Shown in pieces: positions 52,530 to 64,000 of a stretch of 64,000 bases of DNA. This stretch comes from Octopus sinensis. Its lineage: Eukaryota. Below the pieces are notes generated by a model. The model had not been told where the DNA came from. It searched no databases and was given only the letters and a program-made list of their open reading frames with translations. The stretch's first letter is position 1, and each line of letters opens with the position of its first letter. The translations under genes and the position numbers were made by a program. Where the stretch lies: contig NC_043001.1 in assembly GCF_006345805.1 (NCBI RefSeq), forward strand, positions 117,242,001 to 117,306,000. Direction: 5' to 3'.

Positions 52530-52770
52530 GGCGAAAGTTCCTTCTCGAGTCCTGTAGACTCATAGGACCGGTTCTCATAGTGTATAAATTCCCCACTTGG
52601 ACAGGACTCCTGTCCGTCGCAGGATTACTCATTTTTGCCAGCTGGGTGGACTGGAGCAACGTGAAATGAAGTCTTTTGCTCAAGAACAGAACGCGTTGCT
52701 CGGTCCAGGAATCGAAACCACAATTTTACGATCATGAGTCCAACAGCCTAACCACTAAGCCAGCGTCTCC
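52530..52770 (-). mobile_element. SINE family B
   Basis: Homologous to 1510-1748. Confidence 0.8.
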
Positions 52771-52881
52771 ACATATACATAAATACATGTATACATATAT
52801 ACATACATACACAAACACAAAAACACACACATATATATACGCATATATACACGCATACACACGCACGCACGCACACACGCA

Positions 52882-52927
<46 letters not shown>

Positions 52928-52930
<3 letters not shown>

Positions 52931-53156
52931 GAGCGGGTGCTGAAAAGTTCCTGGTTTTGAATAAAAGAAAATACAGGACGGTCAGTTGATTATGATTTTA
53001 TTCAACATATTCCCCTCTCAGATTCACACACTTATTGCAGCGGTCCTTTAGTTTTCCTAAGCCTTGTGAAAGAATTTGGAAGGTTGGGCCTTCAAACATG
53101 CCTTTCGTGATACCCTCAAAGCTATGAATTCTTCTGCGCCCCACCCTCGTATATAT
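52928..53156. mobile_element. mariner-type MITE remnant
   Basis: Left end ..GGGTGCTGAAAAGTTCCTGG, right end ..CACCCTCGTATA; resemble mariner TIR ends with TA target. Confidence 0.5.
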
Positions 53157-53589
53157 ACGAGTACTTTCCATCCATTTTCAATCAAATCTCTTGCGAATTA
53201 ACCCGGGATTCTTTGACGAAAATGCAACCCTCATTTATCTAAGATATCTTCGGCCTGACGAGTAGCTAGTGGAGTACCACTCGCTGAGTAATTACAACTT
53301 CCGAGATTCTGCTGGTTAGGAAATATGTGTAGCCTGGATTTTCCCTGCATTATCCCTAAATTTGGATTTCTATTCGCATGCATAGCTAACCGTGAATTAT
53401 AAAATAATTTTTTTCTGCTTATCGAACTTCGATATGGAAAAAATTTACAGCCCTCTACGCTAATTAACCACTATTGATCCTAAAAGTTGTTTTTCATACC
53501 TTCTATTCGAAGCTTACTAACTACCTACACCTGGATCTTTGGATCTTACCTTTACATATCATTATATATACACATATATGTGTACGTGT

Positions 53590-53830
53590 GCGTATGTGTT
53601 CCCCCCCCCCCAGCTGGACGGGATGCCAGGCCATCGCAGCGTTACTCAAAAAATAGGAAGAAAGAATGAGAGAAAGTTGGGGGCGAAAGAGTACAACAGG
53701 GGTCGCCCCCCCCCCTGCCGGAGCCTCGTGGAGCTTTAGGTGTTTTCGTTCCATAAACACATACAACTCTCGGTCTGGGAATCGAAACCGCGATCCTCCG
53801 ACCTAACCAATTGGGCCATTGCGCCTCCAC
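53590..53830 (-). mobile_element. tRNA-derived SINE, family E (B-related)
   Basis: GTGGAGGCGCAATGGCCCA head, GGTTTCGATTCCC, 3' CTGCGATGGCCTGGCATCCCGTCCAG; head also at 63904-64000. Confidence 0.75.
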
Positions 53831-53837
53831 ACATATG

Positions 53838-54115
<278 letters not shown>

Positions 54116-56562
54116 TAGGAGCTAATGATCTATCATATTTATCTGTGCATATGTGTGTGTATTTGTGTGTTTGTATGTGTGTATGTATAAATGTGCGTAC
54201 GTATAGATATATAAAGATCCGATTAAAAACTTGAAGTAAAAGCAGTTGGGCAAGATCAAATATAAACGACCTGTATAATAAAGACGTGTTTAATGGAACT
54301 ACACATGATATATACACGCTAACATAACGTCAGTATTTCGATCTACTTTCATGGGGACGTGCCTTTTCGCACACAGCCAAAGTTCTTCATTGACTCTGCT
54401 AACATATATCTTGGTGCAGATCTACATCTACTTTTACTCACACACGTACGGTTCGCCATCGTATGCGCACGCAAACACGCACACACTTACACGCATAAAC
54501 ACACACACACAAACACACACACTTATGCATACACATTGACACATAGAGAATATCATCTTTACATAGAAACACGGAAAGACGGATTCATTCATACACATGT
54601 ACATATCCATTTAACCTTTGATTTAACAGATTTCGAATACAATAATACAATGGACAGATATTTCAGAGATCTAAAGAAATCTAAGAAGAGAGAAAGAGAG
54701 ACAGAGAGGGGGGAAGGAGGCAATAGTGTAGGGGGCTCGCTTCTGGTCTTAGTCTGTTTCAAACTATCAGGCAGTTAAGATGTATGCAGAGTGTTTTTGT
54801 GATATGCAAATTATTACTAATTTTTTTTAATTCTTACAATTTAAATATAACATCAAAGTGAAAGGTAAATAAAAGAAAAACATATGAATTTAAATATGGC
54901 GCATAAATTACATCTATTTGATAAATAAGAATACTGACCCAGTAGCTGTAGCATCTGCTTGTGAAATCTATGATGTTAAAAGCAAATTGTTTCTAACATA
55001 CGCAAATAAAGTTCAAATTTTAACAGTTTTTGAAACAGTGTTCATAGCACTAAATATGAACCTGCAGTGTGTAGTTAAAAACTCAGGAAAAAATTATGTG
55101 TAAGCGGTATGTTCGAGAGAGATCTAGCGATAGTCGAAATCTGTGTGAAATTATTGCTAAAACATTCGGGACATTGTAAATAAAAATCCACGTGATGAAT
55201 GAGAGCAGAAACTTCAAAGGGCAAGACATTAAACAAAGGTAAATGAATTTAGATCTGCGGGACTCATTTTATCGCAGGCTGTTTTAGGTGATGCTTCAGA
55301 AAATACCTTTACCTACAAACATGATCATGGCATTCATGATTTTAAGTTAAATAAAAGGGAAATGTTTGTAGCTTGTATCGTCTGAAGCCAATGGTGGTAA
55401 AGATATAAAATAAACCACGTACTCTTAACACAACTCCCTGTGATATACATCAGTTTAAAGAATGCGTAGTTTACTTTGGAGAATGTTTTTGTTGATTAGT
55501 TCTTCATCCAGTTCGTCTCCGATGTGATGCACTTCCATACAGATGTTCCGATGATCTTCCCTTCATATTGTAAAGGCATTATTGCTTCTTGAGAAAGCCT
55601 TATCTCACTTTAAAGGTGAGGAAGAGTTGTAAACAGAAACGGCAGAGTTAAGTGCATTTGTTACGTCTTACACTTTCGAGAGTTTGATTTAGATTCAGCC
55701 GAAAGGTTTAGAAGTTCACTTTGCAACCACGAGTTCTTGGAACCGACCCACTGCATGGTATCTTAGCGAAATGTCGTTACCTATAGCCCCTAGTTGGCCA
55801 ATAGTCGGCTTATGAATGAAATTCGGCTGACAGAGACTGTATAGGTACTGGTCAGGTGGATTGCATCAGTAATTCAGAAGTACAGGTTTGTTATGCATTT
55901 TGTGTGTCATGCTGCTTTTAATGTGTTTAACGAATAAGTAGCAGGAATATTTGGCGAAACGTGTATTTTCATTTAGAATAAATGCAGCAGTGAACTAAAT
56001 GATTAACTAGTGTCTATTTATGCGTATCTGAGAATTGATATTTATATAACTAATTTTATCTTTAAACCTGTTTTATATTAATCGCTTCATTGTAATAAGA
56101 CACTCCTTTGTTGAATGAAGATACTGGAATACCATATACTAACATGTTTCACTAAATTTAAATTTTAGTGTTTTGGGGGATCTGTCTCAGAATCGAGACC
56201 ACAATTATGTATTTCAATTTTTTATTTGGTTCCTTATATTCTTTCTTTTATTCTTTACTTGTTTCAGTTATTGGGCTGCAGCCATGGTGGAGCTCCGTCT
56301 AGGATGTTTTATATGACTAAATTATCCCACCTCATCTATATTTATAACACTGAGATTACCCCATGCTATAACGCAAAAGTTTTCATGCACTGCTGATCAC
56401 GTAACTGGTTTACAAAATATGAAATATTGTATCTATAACATAGGATATTCATACGGGGCTAAACATTGGAAAATGTGCCAGTCAAAAATATTGAAAAGTA
56501 ATTTCTAAAAATGTACAAAGGAAAATAGAACGATCATTCATTCTCCCTCTCTCGCTCACTCA

Positions 56563-56608
<46 letters not shown>

Positions 56609-56754
56609 TGACATACGCACATACACGCGCGCGTTTTAGCAGGGAAAGGAAAAACATTTAATTATTTTAATATTTATTCAAAGTTATTATCTGCTAACAT
56701 GGACATAATTATGTTACACCCACAGCTAAAACATTTCTATCTATCTATCTATCC

Positions 56755-56852
<98 letters not shown>

Positions 56853-57142
56853 TTATGTATGTAGGTATGTATATTGTGTGTGGTCGTGTCTTTATGTCTG
56901 TATGTATGTATGTTTATCTGTATACATTACAGTTACAAATAAGAAGAAAAGTGCTCAATACACTTGTAGAGTGTAAATACTTATTCTAATGCTGAGGCAG
57001 CGATTCGTTACCCGCTACTAGAAAGAAATATATACCTATAAACGTATCACATTCATTATACTATTGCACAATGAGTAAGATTGTAATCGCAGCACTATAT
57101 TAAATACTTACATTCTATTTCTATGTAGAGTGCTTTGCCATG

Positions 57143-57300
57143 CAGGCGTGGCTGCGTGGTAAGAAGGTTACTTCACAACCACATGGTTCCGGGTTCAGTC
57201 CCAAAGCGTGGCACCTTGGGCCAGTGTCTTCTATTGTAGCCTCAGGCCGACCATAGCCTTGTGAGTGAATTTGGTAGGCGGAAACTGAAAGAAGCCCGTC

Positions 57301-57335
<35 letters not shown>

Positions 57336-57562
57336 TATATATGTGTGTCTGAATCTTTGTGTCAGTGTTTTTCACCCCACTATCGCTTGATAACCGATGT
57401 TGGTGTGTTTATGGTCCCGAAACTTAGCGGTTCGGCAAAAAGACCGAAAGAATAAGTACTAAGTTTACAAAGAATAAGTTCTGGGGTCGATTTCTTCGAC
57501 TAAACGCGGTGCTCCAGCATGGCCGCAGTCAAATGACTGAAACGTGTAAAGGAGTAAAAAGA
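57143..57562 (+). mobile_element. SINE family A, full length
   Basis: Complete family A structure. Confidence 0.85.
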
Positions 57563-57837
57563 GTACACCCCCCCCCCCACACACACACATAATAAATTAC
57601 TACTTTCAGTACAGATACATTATGAGGTTGAAGTGTTGCAGGCAACCATTAGTGACAACGACATACTTTTATTCTTTATGATTGATTTACTGAAAGTGAG
57701 CATTTTAATCGAATAATTAATTTCCGGCTACTGTCTTTTGGTTTTTGCTTTTTTGTCAGGACAACATATTTGTATTTTCTGTATCTGCTGTGACTGGAAG
57801 AAGGGATGGTGATCATGACTTTTTAGGCCTTCCTTTA

Positions 57838-58240
57838 CCCATTTCTTTACTACCCACAAGGGGCTAAACACAGAGAGGACAAACAAGGACAGACAAATAG
57901 ATTAAGTCGATTACATCGACCTCAGTGCGTAACTGGTACTTATTTAATCGACCCCGAAAGGATGAAAGGCAAAGTCGACCTCGGCGGAATTTGAACTCAG
58001 AATGTAGCTGCAGATGAAATACCTATTTCTTTATTACCCACAAGGGGCTAAACATAGAGGGGACAAACAAGGACAGACATAGGTATTAAGTCGATTATAT
58101 CGACCCCAGAGCGTAACTGGTACTTAATTTATCGACCCCGAAAGGATGAAAGGCAAAGTTGACCTCGGCGGAATTTGAACTCACAACGTAACGACAGACG
58201 AAATACCGCTACACATTTCACTCGGCGTGCTAACGTTTCC
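57838..58240 (-). mobile_element. SINE family C with two tandem 184-bp units
   Basis: TTTCTTTA(C/T)TACCCACAAGGGG at 57842 and 58026 (184 apart). Confidence 0.85.
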
Positions 58241-58244
58241 TATA

Positions 58245-58660
58245 CCATTAAGATTATTGCCATTAATGTTCCTCTTGAATCCTTGTAAGTCAATACATTA
58301 AAGATAGTGGGGTGGATTCCTGCGAGACATCGTCCTATCGAGGTAAAACTGGGTGTATTAATTAGTGCGGTACCGGGAGTGGGGATTGCTGGACACAAGA
58401 AAGAAAATGGTTAAATCATTCAATTTCAGTATGCCAAACAGGAAAGAGCATCTGTCTTTATTCATTGAAAATGGTTTTTTGCTAGTGCCAGTCTTTAACA
58501 ATGATTAACTCTTATTGCACCTTTTATGGCCTAGCCAGAGGGCGAGGGGTGGAATTCATGACTTTTTTCAAATGTCCAGATTTGTTAAAAGGATGAAAGG
58601 AACGATATCCTCAGATCGGAGACCGGCGCCCAAATACTTGCAACGGAATAAATTATTCCA
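58245..58660 (-). mobile_element. CR1-like LINE 3' fragment, decayed
   Basis: Terminal IDLQGFKRNINGNNLNGI* pattern. Confidence 0.45.
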
Positions 58661-58950
58661 AAGACTCACAAATACCAGCCAGTAATGTTAAATACAACAA
58701 TAGATTAAGTCTTTCACGTAAAGAGCGTAAACAGTCTCTGAGATGAACTTCTATAGAATTTCACTCATAAAACTTTTGGTTGACTCTTCGAAACTACAGG
58801 ACAAGGGTTTTCTCGTGCAGTGGGATTGAAAATGACACCGCATAATTGCAAGCAAACATCTTAATCACACAGCCATATCCGCACCATATTTAGTCTTACA
58901 ACTTCATATTTTTCGATTTCATCCTTTCTTTTATATATATATATATATAT

Positions 58951-59446
58951 AAGTTCAGCAAAATTTAGATTCAGGTGAATATGGTACTTAAGTTAAAGGC
59001 ACCAGAATTTTGTATGGTATTATCCATATGAATCAAATGGGGTGATTATAATCAAAATAAGCAACAAGGATATCCAAGGTAGTGTTGTACAATTGTTTCA
59101 TGCTACTTCATTTTATTAAACATTGTAAGTATTACATCAGTTTTAAAATGTCGAGCAATCTTCAGTCACATATAGAATTTTTTAATTAAACGGACAATGA
59201 CATTCTTATACCACCATGTTCTTAATGATGAAATTAACCTCTCTGTCTGTATGTCTACCCCCTTTGTCATGTTGGCAAATGAAATAAGTACAAGAATGTG
59301 CATTGTCTGTTTAATTAAAATATTCTATATGTGGCTAAAGATTGATCGACATTTTAAAACATGTAATACTTACAACGTTTAATAAAATGAAGTAGCATGA
59401 AACAATTGTACTACACTACCTTGGATATCCTTGTTGCTTATTTTGA

Positions 59447-59447
<1 letters not shown>
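58951..59447. repeat. Foldback copy of the 44129-44427 family: about 155-bp inverted arms
   Basis: Arms 59052-59207 and 59292-59446 are reverse complements with an 84-bp spacer; (TA)n on both flanks. Confidence 0.8.
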
Positions 59448-59502
<55 letters not shown>

Positions 59503-59694
59503 ATTATTATAATAATAATAATAATTATTATTATTATTATTATTATTATTGTCGTTGTTGTTTTCAGATATAGTGGGTATGTGGGACCCCACTATCCAAT
59601 GTGTACTTTTTGTTTAACGACATTAGGGCGTAGTTCAACTACTTTTTCTAGAAAGTTAAGTAACTATATAGCGGTTTCCTCTGTCATTGATTTT

Positions 59695-59737
<43 letters not shown>

Positions 59738-59772
59738 CGTATATATATACATATAAACTCACTATATATATA

Positions 59773-59813
<41 letters not shown>

Positions 59814-61264
59814 CATACATATATACGTATATGTATATATACATATTTGTAAATATATATATATATATGTATATGTGTGTGTATATATATATATATATCA
59901 CAACGGCGTCGTTTAGGCTTTATTAGTTTTGATTATTCCTGGAACATCAGATTTGTTTCCTTCGACTAATTACTCGGCTTATCAACAAAAAAAGAGAAAT
60001 ATAATGAAACGAAAAAAAACAAACAAGCAAACAAAAAATCATCAAAGTAAGTGGAGATTTGTACAAAGATGGCGCTTGGTGTTGTTTGAGAAGTGAGTTT
60101 TAATAAGGAGGGTATAACGTGAGTGGGAGATCTCTTCAAATTGGGTTACAGAAGACGAAGAAGAAGATGTGGAAGAAGAGGAGGAAGGAGAAATGAAGCT
60201 GATATAACAAGAAACCTGATGGCGACATTGAGTTACTATATAGTGGAATGTATATTGAGTATTGAGATAAAATGGCTGCAATATTCTGAGACGTAGAAAG
60301 TTCCATTTTCCCGCCCTACCATTTTATTCTATTTTTATTTTGCTTTCTAAATGTTATTTTTGCTTATGATTATTTGTATTTTATTATTTATCTATTATTT
60401 ATTTATTTATATATTATTATTATTATTTTCCTTTTTATTTCTTTCTTAAACTGTCGCTTGTTTTCTTGAAACAGGTGGGAAAGAAAATGTGTACAGCAAG
60501 ACGGATGAGATGTAGAGAGGTGGAGAAGAAAAGGAAAAAATATACGAGAAAGGAAAGAGATAAAAAGGGGTGGATGCTAAGGTAAGAAGAAAACGAGAGG
60601 GAAAATAAACAAAGACGTAAGGATAGAAGAGTAAAGAGGGGTTGAGTGGGTTAGAGAAGGGAGGAGTTTGTGGTGGAATAGAGATAAGACGGTTGATGGT
60701 GGGGGAGAGGAAGTTTTATGGACGCGAAAGAAGGAAGATAATGAAAAGAATTAATAAATGAGAAAGAAGCGAGAGAAAGAGAGTGACAGAGACAGACAGG
60801 AACAGAGAGAGATAAACAGTGGTAGAGGGAAAGAGAGAGGGAGAGATAAGGAGAGAGAAAGGGAAGTAGAGGAATAGAGAGAGGGAGGGATAGGGGAGAT
60901 CGAGCGAGAGAGAGAGAGAGGGAGAGGGGGGAATTGGGGAAGCAATGAGTCTCCGGACGCAGTTTTTGGTCGTCAGGTGTATTCCGACGTCTAAAATCCT
61001 GTAACACATTCATCAGTGGAAGTTCAAAGACAACCGTAAATAGGTTTTCTTTATATAAACCAAAGTTCAGATGTCAGCGACGAACGAAAACAATTTGTTA
61101 AACAAATTATTCTGAAAGAATGCTCGAACTTTCTAAATCAGAATCACAGAAAAGAATTTAGAAGTTAAGCTTAACATAAACGAGCTCTGGGAATTTTATG
61201 GATAAATATTTCGCTGTTACACGGAAAATGCTAAAACATTTCTACACAATATTATTAGTGAGAT

Positions 61265-62960
61265 GGTTCTAAATCATTGTTTTTATCATTTGCTGGGTCT
61301 GGAGGAATGGGAGTACGTTAAGCTCTAAAGACATGTGAGATTGATGCCATTCATTTTTCCCTTGAACTTTTACCAGTGGGAAAGGCAAGAGAAGGGAAGA
61401 AGCTCCAGAGAGTCGACTTTCTGGAAAGGAAATACAAAGCATTGAGGTTGACAGAGCAAAAGTAATGAGAAGAGAGATGATCAGAGGAAAATGCATGAGG
61501 AAAGATGGCATAATCCAAGCCAGCTCCGAGGAGCAGTAATTATTATAGGAGCGATACAGGATGCAGGGCACGAGACAGCGAGCTTGTTGACGAGAAGTTA
61601 GAGCGTGTCTGCAAGTGAATTCACGCCATGATATCGGGTAGTCTTGGGTAATTGTGTCTGGATCAGGTGTAGGATATTTGTGTGTGCGGTAGTAGCACTG
61701 TAACATCTGTGAGAGCCATACTTCATTGTGAACCTCACTTGTGTTTTGTTGAGTATTAATAATTATTGGAATCTGATGTAATATCTCGTTCTAAAGAGGA
61801 GAGCTAGTCGTTGGGATGAGATCCTAATTATGTTAAGGATGTGTTTTCGCTACCCTCAGTGCTAATGAGTCCCAACAACTGGAGCGTGTGTGAGAGCTTT
61901 AGTTGAGTGATTAGCACTTAAACAGTGGGAAACGGTTGTATAAATATGTATGCAAAACGGGCAAAAAACAAAAAAATATACTTTCCTTAAGGATAATTTT
62001 CATACTTGTTTTCGCTTTAGATAAGTACAAAAACTATGAAAGTGATATTTTAACCCTTAGATTATAAAAATAAATACAAAAGGGTAATAAAATCAATTGA
62101 CCTTAAATTCATTTGAGAATCATGTGTTGTTGTTGTCAAACGAATATGCAAATGAAGAAAAAGCGGTGCAGTTTTACCATCCAGAGCTACTTGAAGCATC
62201 AGCGTCTTCTGTGCTACCCAGAGTACCATAATCATCATATACCTCATCTTATGATGAAATGAAGTGAGAAAAACTTCATCGCTGTATAAATCTTCCATTT
62301 GCGACTTGATTACTCCTATCTATAATGGCCGCTTACGCTTAGGTGCATTTGACGAAGTAAACACTCATTTGTCAATCGATGATAGTCATATCCATGTAAA
62401 ATTTTAGAAGTATCAAATGATGATGTGCGCCGTTTAAGTTTAAAACTCTTGTAGTGCGACGATGTTTCCATGGTTTCAGTAGTTTTGAATTTTCTTGCTT
62501 TTGAGACAAAATTGGCAGATCTCCATTAGAGCATGATTTAGAGGTCTCTGTTCATAGAGTCAGTGTGTCTTTGAGGTGTGGTGTCGAGGTTACGAATGGA
62601 TGATGCCAGTCTAGAGAATTTTTAGAAGGGAGAAAGGGTACTGTAATCTGCACAAATGTGGGTGTTGTTGAGCGTAGTAACTTGTAAACGAGGTATAAAA
62701 GAAGAGAGTAGGGGAAAAACCGAACGCTAGGGTGCGTCGGAATTGATAGAATGCTGAATAGAAAGAGCACTGACATCACATGTAGCGATAGTGCGATCTG
62801 ATAGGAAGCTGCAGATCCAAGATGTAGGAGATGGTTAGAGCTCATATGCAGGACGTTTTGATCGGTGATTCGCATGTCAGAAGCAGAAGAAAGCTTTGCT
62901 GATATGAAGAGTGATAATACATTTTCACCAAATTTCTCCGAGGCAAGAGCTCATTGGGTG
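61265..62960 (-). mobile_element. CR1-like LINE ORF2 remnant, heavily decayed
   Basis: CILYRSYNNYCSSELAWIMP (cf. LFYRYY.G.CSSELA), SFFPS.., VALDGK. Confidence 0.55.
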
Positions 62961-63903
62961 ATGATGTAGTAAAATAGATGATCAGTGCATCTGGTTTTAC
63001 ATGGATCTTATTATTTTCACATTTTTACAGAGTCAAGGTTATTGGCTTCAATATAAATGAAACGAGGAAACTATATATTAACAGGAATTCCAACAGCGCT
63101 ACCCAGCTTACATGGCTTTAAAATGCAATGTCGCCTTATAATTTTGATCAGAAATGACATAGGATAAAAAAAATATGTAATACTCTTTATATACATATAA
63201 GATAACTCTCTACATAAGAACGCATTAAATTTGTGCATATGTGTGTACGTATGTTTATATATATATATACGCATGCATGACAGTGCATAAACATTTAATC
63301 ATTCATTATTTCACTTCGTGTTCAGTCGACATCTACAAGGTTCCGGCTTATCTTACTAATGTAATAATTAAACAAAACTTTTAAAGAACAGCAGAGAAAC
63401 AAAGCAAAACACTGTTTGTTTAGAACAAGACGGTAATACACACACATACACACACACATACACACACGTTCACACTCAAACTTATGTATTATGTGTGTGT
63501 GTGTACACTTTATATGTGTGCCTGTGTATATATGCATTTACACTCAAGTACATATACGTACAAATATGTGTGTGTACATACATACATACGTTAATGCATA
63601 TATGCATATACAAATATATGTGTGTGTGTATATATATATGTGTGTGTGTGTGTATGGGTGTGTGCGCGCGCGTGAGAGAGAGAGAGATAAGCGTTTCCAA
63701 AGATGTTAGTGTGACGTAATCCTTCCATCATAGGATTGTGTGAAAGAGAGAGCGCAGGTTCAATAATTAAATATAACATTGATACCTCTCAATTTGCTGC
63801 ATTCAAAGAAATAAGACGAGTCAAAATGGGACATCTGCACAGTCAATCTATCTGCTAGAAATAGCAGCTGAATTCCATTCAGCTCACTACCTATTGTTCA
63901 AGT

Positions 63904-64000
63904 GGTGGAGGCGCAATGGCCCAGTGGTTAGGGCAGTGGACTCGCGGTCATAGGATCGCGGTTTCGATTCCCAGACCGGGCATTGTGAGTGTTTATTGAG
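63904..64000 (+). mobile_element. SINE family E head, runs off window end
   Basis: GTGGAGGCGCAATGGCCCAGTGGTTAG...GGTTTCGATTCCC. Confidence 0.75.

Noticed and set aside
60940-61000. Minus-strand CTGACGA motif
   Set aside because: GAAA is replaced by GAGA and there are no convincing helices; at most a dead remnant.

Overview
Repeat-dense eukaryotic DNA, almost certainly octopus or another coleoid cephalopod (inferred from its tRNA-derived SINE families and very dense microsatellites). It reads as intronic or intergenic. No intact protein-coding gene is supported, and most of the ORF track is translated microsatellite. Recognisable decayed elements are a Helitron helicase remnant, two Penelope-like elements (RT/GIY-YIG) plus several Penelope pseudo-LTRs with hammerhead-like cores, three R4/Dong-type LINE fragments beside (TAA)n, Tx1/L1-, RTE-, CR1- and HERO-like fragments, mariner and maT transposase remnants, MITEs and many SINE copies. 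The standout is at 31294-32380: a near-identical, non-coding 487-bp tandem repeat (about 2.2 copies) inserted in a (TA)n tract. Each full unit carries a type I hammerhead ribozyme fold and is extensively self-complementary. This is the architecture of a retrozyme predicted to release a 487-nt self-cleaved, circularisable RNA. Coordinates were counted by hand, and boundaries of decayed elements are approximate. Family names A/B/C/E for SINEs are local labels.
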